From NCBI RefSeq assembly GCF_009914755.1, contig NC_060938.1: 64,000 nt of DNA, one strand, 5' to 3'. Source of the DNA: the human T2T-CHM13v2.0 reference genome, Homo sapiens. The number at the start of each line of letters is the position of its first letter. The stretch's first letter is position 1. The notes under the pieces were generated by a model, which saw only the letters and a list, made by a program, of their open reading frames with translations, did no database searches and was not told the origin of the DNA. Both the position numbers and the translations under genes were made by a program. This document shows positions 1 through 15,153 of this stretch, piece after piece.

Positions 1-566
1 TTGGGTAAAATAATGATCCATTCTGAGGCCATTTCCCTATATTAGTTAAACCACAGCAATTAGTGGTAAAACAACGCAACAAAATAAAAGTGCTATACCT
101 CTTGTTGTCAGTCGCCATACAGCAACCCTTCTTTAACAGTAACCGGTTATTAATATCCAATATTCGTTCTCTTGACTCCTACCTTCTGGTGGAAATTCGA
201 ATAAGTAATGAATTGCCTAAAAGGCAGATGGAAGAAGAAAAAGCAAAGGGTCCAGTTAATCCACAAACTAGATTCTCAGTTCAGACCTGAATAAGTGTCA
301 GTAGTAATTTACCATCTCAGAGACGGGAGGACGGTTGAGACTGCATAAATATGTACCAAGAGATTCTCTAACTTCAACTTGCTAAGATGATGCCTTTTAT
401 TCAGGAACATACTATATTTCATTGCCTCTTCCTCCCTCCACCCACCTTCATTTTTCAAATCTTTTGGGAACTATAACAAACCGGGAAGTGTGCATATGTA
501 TGAAATGTTGCCTCCTGCTTTATGGTTCTATGAAGTCAGTCTCTGGCCTTCCTTGTTGGATTCTAG

Positions 567-1341
<775 letters not shown>

Positions 1342-1744
1342 TATGCTGTATTTTTAATGCTGAAATTGGCAACCCTTTCCAAGCCCAATCATCAGAATAG
1401 AATTAAACAGGAGATCTTTGTGTTTCACACTTGGATGATGTGGAAAATGCGGAGTGCGTCTGTTTACTGAGCATATATTATTTTGCAGTCACCCCTGCAG
1501 TGCAACTAGTCTTTCTGCCTCCTTCCAGTGGTTTTTCACTCTGCCACTGATAGCATGTGTACCTCTCTTAAGGCCCTTTTACATTTTACCTGGTTAGAAA
1601 TTACATTTATCTCCTACCGGATTGTGAGCTTTTAAATACAAGTACTTACTATTCATTTCTGTACCCACTGTATGCTTAATACATATTTGCCAAATGAACA
1701 CCTGAAAGAATGACAGCAGTGGTCTTCTAGTCAAAAAGGCTTGA

Positions 1745-2455
<711 letters not shown>

Positions 2456-2536
2456 TTCTCCTAACTGATTTATGGGTCTAAATTGTCACTCTCTAATTCA
2501 TTCTGCACAGCATCAGATTCGTTTTCCTAAAACACC

Positions 2537-2854
<318 letters not shown>

Positions 2855-2884
2855 TAACACTCACCTGCTTAAAAATGTTCTGTG

Positions 2885-3199
<315 letters not shown>

Positions 3200-3873
3200 T
3201 CAAGCTCCTCAGCATAGCATTCAAGGCCTTCCATAATCCATTCCCAACTTACCTCACATGCGTTCTCTGCTCCAGGGTCCCTATTCCTGGGGACCTCATT
3301 AAGGAGAAGTACAAATGATAAATGCTGTGGTTCAGAGGTGGGCGAGGGAGTCAATATAGATTGGAAAGAGGCTGTAGGTCCAGGATGGCTTTGTCAAGGT
3401 CTGGATTCATTTTTCTAAATCTGACTTGGTGCACTCACAGCCTCTCCTTTCTCAGCCCATACCTGGGAAGGAATTTCACAATAGGTGGTACTTAAGCCAG
3501 ACTGTGGAATAGGATTCAAACAGGTGAAAGGGAGGTGGGAGGTGTGTTAGGAATAGAGAGAAAAGAGCCTGTGATAGATAGATTTAGGTTGGACCATAGT
3601 GGGTCTTACGTGCCAGCTTGGGATAGAAGAGGTAGTTTTGATTTTATCTTATAACCCTCCAAGTTTTTCTAGCAGAGAAAACACAGGATTTGAGTGATAC
3701 TTTAGGAAAACATGTCCATGTAGAGGGTAAGATTACAATGGGAGACTGGTGAGTGCTTAATTAGGAGGTCATTCAACTGTCCAGACCTGACTTGATAATG
3801 GCTTGATCTAGGGAGGTGGCAATCCATCTATAAAGAGTCTGAGACTTAGCCTTTAGAAAGAAGATATACTCTA

Positions 3874-4172
<299 letters not shown>

Positions 4173-4513
4173 AAGATATATCCTTACCTTTCAGCAAGAT
4201 TTCCTGGTGGTCCTACACCAAGGAGAAGAGAAGGACTGGTTGGACCTTAGCATGCTCTTTGAGTTTCTCCAACTTTCCCATGACCAGGTTTACACTTTTC
4301 CTTAGTAGTGAGACCCCAGAAAGCTATGATGCCACAGCCCCACCATCATGATGTCTGGAGGGTCCAGACTCTTTCCTTTGTGTGTGGGTCTGTTTCTTCA
4401 AATAAATCCATTTCCACAGCACCACCTTGAGCTGCAATGTTTAGTATAATATATGTACGGCATATGTTGCTGGAGTAGTTGCAGCTTGTCACTCTGCCCC
4501 AATTAACTGGCTA

Positions 4514-4822
4514 TTTTTTTTTTTTTTTCTGAGACAGGGTCTTACTTTGTTGCCCAGGCTAGAGTGCATGGAGTGCAGTGGCACAATCTTACTCACTGCA
4601 GCCTCATTCAGTGAGTGCTCAAGTGATCCTCCCACCTCAGCCTTCCAAGTAGCTGGGACTACAGGTCCACACCACCACACCCGGCTAATTTTTTGTATTT
4701 TTTGTAGAGGTGAGGTTTCGCCATGTTGCCCAGGCTGATCTCGAATTCCTGGGCTCAAGTGATTCACCTGCCTTGGCCTCCCAACGTGCTGAGATTACAG
4801 GCGTGAGCCAACACACTTGGCC
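4514..4822 (-). mobile_element. Alu (AluJ-like)
   Basis: Diverged reverse Alu. Confidence 0.9.
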
Positions 4823-5259
4823 TTGACTTCGACTTTCTGAAGGGTCAGCTATCAGGGTCCACCAACCCCACCACTCTAACACCCCTGGTTGGTCTAAGAC
4901 TTATAGACTCAACATTATGGAGTTAAGATCAGTTGTTTCTCCTGCCCTGGAATTACAAGCCACTCTGTTGCCATTGTGAACTATTAGGCAGAAGGGGGAG
5001 CAGGAGCTAGAAGGCCACTAGATCCTTTGGACTTCAACACAAGTCAAAGGCATACTGCCAGAGAACTGTCAGGAATGCCTTCTCTGTATACAGATAGAAG
5101 GACATATTTATCTCTAAAGCAAGGGAGAAAGAGACCTTCAGGTTCTAGTTTCCTTCATTCCTCAGCAATCTGCCTTTGTGGAAGATATTTCAGCCTCTTT
5201 CTCCTCTCCGCTGTTACAAAGTTCTCTTGCTCTTTTTTCTCGTCTTTGCTTTAGTCCAC

Positions 5260-6185
<926 letters not shown>

Positions 6186-6548
6186 AGTCCATTTTTCTTT
6201 CCCCATCTTTCCCTTGAGTTTGAAGTATGAGCTGAGTTCCTTGCTCCCATATCTCTGAAGGGAGTCCCCAGCACCAAGGTCTCCTGCCTCAGTGGGGTTA
6301 CAGCGCTGTATTCTGACCACATCAGTCCACTGAATTGTCTACCTCGTCCTAGGCTGGGAGCCCTCTCAGGCCAGGGACAGGGCCTTATTTGTCTCTACGT
6401 GCCCAGTGCCCCGCATGGGAGAAACAAGGAGCCCAGCCCTGCTCCATCCATTTGTGCCCATGTTTCTTTGCATTACCCCAGCCCCCCCCGCCCAACTCCA
6501 GATAGTTGGAGGATGACAGACAGGAGACTCTTTGGGTGACTCTCAGAT

Positions 6549-6775
6549 GCGTCATGGGCAGCAGAAGGTGAAGGTCTGACCGTGAAGGCAGCGTCTTCCT
6601 AGTGCTGGAGACTCTACAGCCCTCATCCTGTCTCCTTTCAGCTGTCCTCTGAGATGAAGGGGGCTGCTCCATCAGCCAATCCCAAAGCCTGAATTGGGGG
6701 TTGAGGAGAAATGAAGCGTCAGCTCACACACCTTCCTGGCCGGTTCTGGCTGTGGCCCAGCTTCTCTCTAGCGTC
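6549..6775 (+). promoter_or_regulatory. PSMB11 proximal promoter with four GACGC (FOXN1-type) motifs and a CCAAT box
   Basis: GCGTC at 6549, 6591, 6716, 6771; CCAAT at 6676-6680; FOXN1 is the established activator of beta5t. Confidence 0.6.
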
Positions 6776-6845
6776 CCTCCTATCCCACCAGACCCCAGCC
6801 ACAAATTCCTGGCTTGCTTCTTCCAAACTTCATTCAGCCCCAGGG

Positions 6846-7748
6846 ATGGCTCTGCAGGATGTGTGCAAGTGGCAGTCCCCTGACACCCAGGGACCATCAC
6901 CTCACCTGCCTCGGGCTGGCGGCTGGGCTGTGCCCCGGGGTTGTGACCCTCAAACCTTCCTGCAGATCCATGGCCCCAGACTGGCCCACGGCACCACCAC
7001 TCTGGCCTTCCGCTTCCGTCATGGAGTCATTGCTGCAGCTGACACGCGTTCCTCCTGTGGCAGCTATGTGGCGTGTCCAGCCTCATGCAAGGTCATCCCT
7101 GTGCACCAGCACCTCCTGGGTACCACCTCTGGCACCTCTGCCGACTGTGCTACCTGGTATCGGGTATTACAGCGGGAGCTGCGGCTTCGGGAACTGAGGG
7201 AGGGTCAGCTGCCCAGTGTGGCCAGTGCTGCCAAGCTCTTGTCAGCCATGATGTCTCAATACCGGGGACTGGATCTCTGTGTGGCCACTGCCCTCTGCGG
7301 CTGGGACCGCTCTGGCCCTGAGCTCTTCTACGTCTATAGCGACGGCACCCGCCTGCAGGGGGACATCTTCTCTGTGGGCTCTGGATCTCCCTATGCCTAC
7401 GGCGTGCTAGACCGTGGCTATCGCTACGACATGAGCACCCAGGAAGCCTACGCCCTGGCTCGCTGCGCCGTGGCCCACGCCACCCACCGTGATGCCTATT
7501 CAGGGGGCTCTGTAGACCTTTTCCACGTGCGGGAGAGTGGATGGGAGCATGTGTCACGCAGTGATGCCTGTGTGCTGTACGTGGAGTTACAGAAGCTCCT
7601 GGAGCCGGAGCCAGAGGAGGATGCCAGCCATGCCCATCCTGAGCCTGCCACTGCCCACAGAGCTGCAGAAGATAGAGAGCTCTCTGTGGGGCCAGGGGAG
7701 GTGACACCAGGAGACTCCAGGATGCCAGCAGGGACTGAGACGGTGTGA
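6846..7748 (+). CDS. PSMB11: Proteasome subunit beta type-11 (beta5t, thymoproteasome), single exon, 300 aa
   Basis: MALQDVCKW start; 49-aa propeptide ending AHG|TTTLAF (catalytic Thr1 codon at 6993); [17 protein letters not shown] (hydrophilic S1 pocket, versus TMAGGAADC in beta5), GSGS and RDAYSGG motifs. Confidence 0.98.
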
Positions 7749-8319
7749 GAAGCAGGACTTGGTTGGGGATGGTGTAGGCCTGGGGAGTGGGTGGGAGGAT
7801 GGGCAGCAGGGGGAGGGTCCCGCTGGCAGCAGCCTCACAGCGTCTGGCTCTAGCCTGTATGGGTTGCTGGCTTCATTTATTGCAAGTCTCCATCCTTTCA
7901 TGACTCCCAGAGCTATTATGGCTCTGCCCAACAAGTTCCTATTGACTCCCAGTGGATTGGTCCAGCCTCCTTCTTGGCACCAAGTCCGTCTTTCATTCAA
8001 CACTTGCAGTGTGCCTACTGCATGCCAGACGCATGCTAGGTGCTAGACCCTCTTTTCTTGCCATCTTCTCTGCTTTTTTCCATCATCTCATCCCCAGTTT
8101 CTCTTAGTTTCGGTCCTTTATGTGTCTCAGCTTCAGCGTCTTTGTCTTTTTCTCCTGATCACTTTGTCAGCATGGTAAGATGGGGCACCCGGGAAGGGAG
8201 CAGCCCCTCTCAGAACGAGGCGTAGTGATAGACACCCTTTGGATGGTGATGGGCTTGTCTTATCTGCTCTCCTTCTCTGACTTGACCATCATGACTAGAA
8301 TGATTATCCCTTTACTGAA

Positions 8320-8475
8320 TGCAGTTCTCATCGCAACCCTTTGAGGTAAAAATGAGTCTCTCTTTACAGAAGAGGAATCAGGTTCAAAGGGTTATGTGGC
8401 TTGCCAGGGTCACACAGTAAGTGGCAGGGATGACACTTAGATCCAGGCCTTCTCCTCCAGGGTCCATGCTCTTTC
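8320..8475 (-). mobile_element. MIR
   Basis: MIR core-like TTTACAGAAGAGGAATCAGG...GGTCACACAGTAAGTGGCAG. Confidence 0.7.
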
Positions 8476-11115
8476 AGCACAGCTCCCCCTCCCAGGCCCT
8501 CTGCCCTGCCTTTCCTCTCTTCCCTGCAGGCTTCCGGAGAGGGATGTGGAGGGAGAAAGTAGCTAGGCCAGTCCCCTGCCTGGTGGCTCATGTGGCTTTA
8601 TCTTCCAGGCCTGGAGCCATCCCCCACAGCCCACCCTTGCTCTCCAGCTTTCTGGGCCTGGCGGTGCCGCTGCCAGACTTCCCCTCCTCCTTTCTTCCCT
8701 TTGCCTTCTTTCCAGCCCCTCCTTCCTGATGCTCCCTCTGGAGAATGAAGACAAGAGAGAGGTGGCTGTGCCAGTGGGAACTGTCTGGCTAGCACATCCT
8801 CTCCTGCCCCTCCTGTCCCTGCTCCCACTCCCCTAGAAGCCCAGACTTGAAGATCCAGACTAACACCTCCAGGAGGGCCACTGCCCTGCTGTCCCCTGGC
8901 CAAATGAGAGAGAAAGCACTGTTAACCTACGAGATAGGGCCTGAAGGAAGGGTGCTGAAGTTGCTTTCCTCACATCCAATCCTAAAGCTTCCAGTCCCAA
9001 GAATAACAGCCGCCTGCCTTCCCTCTTGGACACCCCTCATCCCTGGCTCCAGCCTAGGCCCGAGCCTTAATCTTGCACCCCAGATTAAGCATTCCTCCAG
9101 GCAGGAGCTGGGCAGACAGACCTCCAGACTCTGGTGCAGAGCGGGTGACTGGGGTGGGGGAGGAAAGGTCAGGGGGCTCCAGAAGGGAAAACCCCAGAAA
9201 GGACACAGTGGGGAGGAATTGTGGTGGACACCACAGAAAGGTGTCCAGTTTGGGGGGACTGGCCTTCAAGCCAGGCTCAAGGAATCTGGCCAGTGGCCTC
9301 TGCGGCCACCCTTCTTTACCCCTTGCTCACTCCCCAGCCTCAGGGGAGGAGATGTGGGACTCTGGGACTGCTAACTGGGAGGCAGGGCTCCCAGTGGCCT
9401 AGTCCTGGAGGAAGCATGTGAGGAGGGGCAGCTTTTGCATGGCGTTCAGGTGTTTGACTCGGCATAAGAGGGTGCATATTCATGTCCACAGGTGTATGTA
9501 GTTCTGTGCCCAGGTGTAGGTGAGTGATACAGGATGGGATTCACACGAGTGTGGCAGGCGATGCGTGTGCAGTTCCTGTGTGCAGAGACAAGAAACAGAC
9601 TGAAAGAGAAAGAGCGACACCTGAATAAGGAGATCAGCCTCTCAGCGGGAAGACTGCCAGGCCTTATCACTTCTTTTGGGGAGTGCTCCAGAGTAAAGAG
9701 GAGGTGGGGGACAGGCTCATGCCAGCAGTTCTCTACTTCCTCATCCTCCCAGCCCTATCCTGAGCCTCTCAGGAAGTGAGAAAAGACAGGCAGGGAGGGG
9801 TGGCCTGGGACCTGGGATTGCCACCTGAGCGCAGTCAAAGGTGGGCTGTGAACTGCGTGCAGCTGTCTCCCCCTGAGATGCTTGGCGCCTCACCCCCATT
9901 CCCAGACTCAAGCAGGAGAATTGAACTCAGACCAAGAGGGCAGAACCAGACCAGGAGGGCAGAACTCAGGGTGGGGGGACCCTCCTCTCTTTTCCTTCCA
10001 TAGTCCCACCCATCTTCACTCCCTTTGACAGGTCCTGTCCTTCCAGAGGTTGAGGTAGTTGAGGCCAGAGATGAGCCCATGGGTCTGGCTGACAAGCCTG
10101 GTTCCCTCTGCCCTATTATTTTCCGCTATGTTTTTAATGAGTTTGGGGGAGGACCTTAGGAGAGTCTTAGGGAGGGCTGGGTAGACAAAGGCCAACATCC
10201 CATTCCAATGCACCCCTCACTGTCTAAGAGTAGCCCATGAGTCATTTCCCCCATTTCTCTACTAATTCCTGAAGGCTTGATACAGATATCACGGTGAGAC
10301 CAAAGGGGCGGAGATCTTCCCCTTCCTGCCCCGAACCAGAAGACCTTGTCCTTCTGATGCCCTGCTTGGGGTGGTGCCTACCTCCTCACAGTCTCTGGAG
10401 AGTTCGGGGGGATAGCCCGCTCTTGCACAAGCCCTTGGACTGTCAGAGGTCCAGGCTTCCAGCCTTCAGCAGAGTAAATGACCTGAATTCCAGCACTAGA
10501 GGGAGGGGCCTTGTTCTCCTACCTCCTGCTTGTCCTTATCAAGCAGGTGGGGAAGGTATGAGGGAAGGTATGTTCACATTGAAGCAGCTTTCCCCAGCTG
10601 CCAGTACCCCATACGAAGGGGGAGTCACAAGGACCTATCCTACCTCGCCTACCTGTGTGTGCCTCTGGAGCCCTGGAGTTGAGAGGCCTGAGCTCTCATG
10701 CTGGTTCCTGGGTGGACCCCTTCTCTGGACTTTGGGAGATAATTGCAGTTCTGGCTCAGCTCCCACCTAGTTGACTGCTTCTGTCCGTCAACAGCCTGCC
10801 TCCCTGGTCCTCTCCCTCCTCCTTTGTGTTCTGCAAAGACTAAGACCATGGCCTAGGGGAGAGTTAAAGGTGGGAGCAGCGGGCCCAGATTCAATGTGAC
10901 TGTCTCACTCTGGTCCGCCCTTTCCCCACTTGGCACTACGAGCCCCAGGAAAGGCTGGTTTGTCCCCGCTGCTGCCTGCCACCCCCATTATTTTCCTAGT
11001 CCAGAATCCCCCTTCCTCTCTTAGTCTTTTATCCCTCCGGCCCTCTTCTCAGCAGCTCTCACACTTCACCCTCTACTTCTCCTGCCCATCTTGCCCTCTG
11101 ACCAATCCCTATATC

Positions 11116-11415
<300 letters not shown>

Positions 11416-11707
11416 TGAATCCTTATATCTTAATTTTCTTGGACCGCTTGAGACCAACAGAGGACCCAGAAAGTTGGTGGTGAGAGTGGGGCAGAGTCAT
11501 CATCTCCTTACTCCCTCATGGAATTAACCCAAGTCTTCCCCTATCTAGAAGGAGGTGAAGTGTATTTTCCCCCAAGGAGAAAGGAGAATGAACTGGGAGG
11601 CAATAGGCTAGGCCTCGCCTCCCGTCCTTTGGGACGATGAAGCTTTGTATAGAAACCTGAGTGCAAAAACAGAAGCAGGGCTCCAGCTTTACAAAATAAA
11701 GTGTTTG

Positions 11708-11713
11708 TTTATT
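11708..11713 (-). terminator. CDH24 polyadenylation signal AATAAA
   Basis: TTTATT on + strand, ~0.9 kb past the stop, with a U-rich element downstream on the - strand. Confidence 0.75.
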
Positions 11714-12600
11714 ATGAAATTAGAGATGGAGGCCCCTCCCCTTCCTCCCTCTTTCCCCTTCCCCAGCCGCCTCCCCCTTTCCTTTCCCTACTCCCTCAGG
11801 AAGCACACAAGACAATGCCCAGGGCTGGGATGCCCAGGGGAAGCTGACAGCTGGGCAGAGCTCCAGGGAGGCGGCCACACGGGAGGCTGGAGCTCTTGCC
11901 CTGGGAGGCAGGCTGGTTCCCTCTCTCAGCTGGAGGCCAGTGGAGCCAGGATGAGGCTGAGGCCATGAGTAATGGATGGAACCATGCAGGCAGGTCTGTA
12001 AGGACAGGGGAGCCACGTTAGAGGCAGTGGGGAGTGGGAGCCTTCATCCACCGCCCTGCCCCACAGTCTAGGGGCACTGACCTGGGGCACAACATCCCCT
12101 GCAGGAGGGTGGGCAGCAGTGGCTGGAAGTTTCTCTTGATTTTGGGATGGACAACAGAAAAAAACAAAAAGCCAGTCACAGGGACCCAGAGAGAAGGAAG
12201 GGAGATGTGGGCAGGAGACAGACACAGAGCATGTGTATGGGCAAGGAAGACGCAGGGAGACTATGTGTGAGCTTCAGAACTGCAGAGACAAAACGCCACG
12301 GAGGAAGGAGAGGAATCACAGTGAGAGATCGCAGGGCCAGGGCCAGGGCAGGAAACCCAGGCCCGGACAGAGGAGCGTGTCACAGATAGAGACAAAGATT
12401 CCTGGAGAGAGACACACACACCGACTCAGGAGGAGGGAGGTGAGAGCGAGGGTGCCCCGGGGAAGCAAGGAGGGACACAAGGACAGGGAGGAGGCCTGGG
12501 GCCCCTGGGCTGCTGCCGCCCGCCTGGACCCCGTGGGGCTCACTCAGAGGGCCTGTGCCCGCTGCCCCCCCCCCGCGGTGGGCCGGGCCAGCCCGGGCGC

Positions 12601-13100
12601 TCAGGGGGCCGGGGGCTCCTTGGCCCCATACAGCTCGGCCAGGGTGCGGAAGAGCGGACCCCAGTCGTCCAGCGGCTCCGCGGGGCCGGGGGCGCCGCCG
12701 GCTTCGCTGCCGGAGCCCAGGGAGCTGAGGGAGCCGCAAGAGGAGCCGCGGCCCTCGTAGCCGTACACCTGCACCGAGTCGTACGGGGGTACGCCGGGGT
12801 CCTCGTCCGCCTCGCGGAGCCGCAGCGCCAGGAGCTGCGCCACGTCGGCGGGGCCGGGGGGTCTGGGCTGGCGCGACACCCGGGCCCGGGGCAACACGTC
12901 TCGGCGCGCGGGAGGGCCGGGCGCCGGGGGGGCCGCCCCGTCCGGGTTCTGCAAGGCCGTGATGTCGAAGGCCTCGGTGTCCTCCTCGCCGCCGCCCTCG
13001 TCGTCGTAGGTGATGATGTTCTCTCGGACGTCCTCCTCCTCCAGTACCATCAGTGCTTCTTGCTTCTGCCGCCGCAGGGCCACGAAGAGCACCACCAGGG
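12601..13100 (-). CDS. CDH24: CDH24 last coding exon (end of TM, cytoplasmic p120/beta-catenin-binding domain)
   Basis: [10 protein letters not shown]...[15 protein letters not shown]...[13 protein letters not shown]; lies in a CpG island. Confidence 0.96.
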
Positions 13101-15113
13101 CTGCGCGAGAGGCGCGCACACAGGCCCTGAGCCAGCAGGGCCGGGAGCGGGCGGCCTGTCTCCATGTGAAAGGCTGACCCATCAGGTGACAGAAGCCCTG
13201 TGCTTAGGGGCTGACATCTAGCAAACCTTGCATTGAATCCTGACTTCAGCCCTTACTCGCTATGTGACCATGGGAAGTTGCTAGACTTCTCTGAAGCCTC
13301 AATTTGCCCCTTAGATTACTTATGTGGAGAATAGGGAAAATATATTTACTTCTAAGGGTTGTTGACATAATAAAATGAAATATCACAAGTGACGTGCCCA
13401 GCACTATACTTGGCACAGAGTAGGGGCTCAGTAAACCATTGTTATGGCTTGTCATTGTCATTATGGATTGGCAGGTCACGGATAGAGGCCAGAGCTTTTC
13501 TCTTGGATGCATCAGGTGGTGGGAAAATCCAGGTATGAGGGTCGTTCAAGCCCTAAGGTGGATTTCCCTGTGTCCAGAGGCCTGGTTCTTCTCCACACCC
13601 CTGCAGGCCCAGATCGCACAGCTATGTACCACTGTGGCCTGACTCACCAAGCAGGGCACCCACACAGGTGATGATGGCAAGCAGGGCGCCGGTGCTGAGC
13701 CCAGCAGCTGAGAGGTGAGCCTCAGGCCAGCAGGATGCCACAGAGCCGTCAGGCTGGCAGCGGCACACACTAACAGTCACTGTGGCAGTGCTGCTCAGCG
13801 CCGGCTGCCCCCAGTCCCACAGTTCTATGGGAACCAAGTAGGGGGCATGGCGGGGTGGAGCAGGGCGGGAGGGCAGCAGCAGGCTGGCGGAGCCATCTGT
13901 GGGAGAGGGAAGGTGTTGAGGTATCTTCTGGGACACCTTCCAGGTAGGGTTGGTCCAGCCCATAGAGCCAGCTTCCCATAGAGCCAGCCCCCCATAGAGC
14001 CAGCCCATAGGTCCAGCCCATAGAGCCAGCTTCCCATAGAGCCAGCCCATAGGTCCAGCCCATAGAGCCAGCTTCCCATGGGGAAGGTTTACAAAGAGCC
14101 AACGAATGAGTACAAGTCCACACCCATCTTCTGTTGGGTAGAAGGCCGAGGCAGGTGGGGCAGGGGTCAGGCAGGCTGGGCTAGGGGTGGAGGAGGAGGA
14201 GAAGGGGACAGAGGCAGGTATGGACATGGCTGTAGGAGGCCACCTACCTCGGTTGTCCTGGACAGTAAAGTTGGCATCAGGGCCCAGAGGACCTTGAAAG
14301 GAGACATGGCTACTGTTGCCAACTTCATCTCTGTCCAGGGCCCGGATGACCTGAATCAGCTGGGAGGAAGAAGAGAGAGGCCTTGTATGGAGTGGGCTGC
14401 TGGAGGCCTGGACGTCCCAACCCCTCTGCCTCAGTTGCTCACCTGGCCAGGAGCTGCAGAGTCACACACAAAAGTATCGTAGGGCTCAGCCAGCTGGGGA
14501 GCATTGTCATTCTCATCCAGGGTCTGGATGGCCACTTGCACGCGCGAGGCCTGTGCAGAACTGTCTGAAGGCAGAACACCAAAACATACACGCCACACAC
14601 ACACCACACAGTTTACACGTAACATATGTGGTGCATGGGCATGGATGCCACATGAAGCATATAGCATGCACAAGAAACACATGAAATATGCATGTAATGT
14701 ACAGGTAGAAAACAATGTTGCAGAATGAATGGAACAATACCAAGTGCATACAATATTCATGTAGTACCCAAGATATGTGCGATACACAATAGACATTCAA
14801 CAGGAATGCCGCACCCATGATACACATATACAATAACCCACATGCAGGGCACATGCAGCATAAATGAAAGACAGAGGGAAGGTGCATACGAGTTGCATGC
14901 AGACAACAGCCATGAATATACAAAACACATTCATACCATATATCCAATGTACACTCAACATTTAAAACAAATGCAATGTACATGAAGCAAATGTTTGATA
15001 TGCATAGTGAATGTGGTGCCACATCCCCCGACAACACCCAGTGCCCATAGAATGCATTTTCATGCATAGAGGCCATGCACAGCACCAGTGGGGTGGACAG
15101 ACACATATACACA

Positions 15114-15153
<40 letters not shown>

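Noticed and set aside
12380-13165. 261-aa alternative-frame ORF
   Set aside because: Overlaps the GC-rich CDH24 last coding exon; Arg/Gly/Pro composition expected from frame shadowing
13952-14078. Repeat resembling a CRISPR-like array
   Set aside because: Eukaryotic minisatellite with no unique spacers and no cas genes
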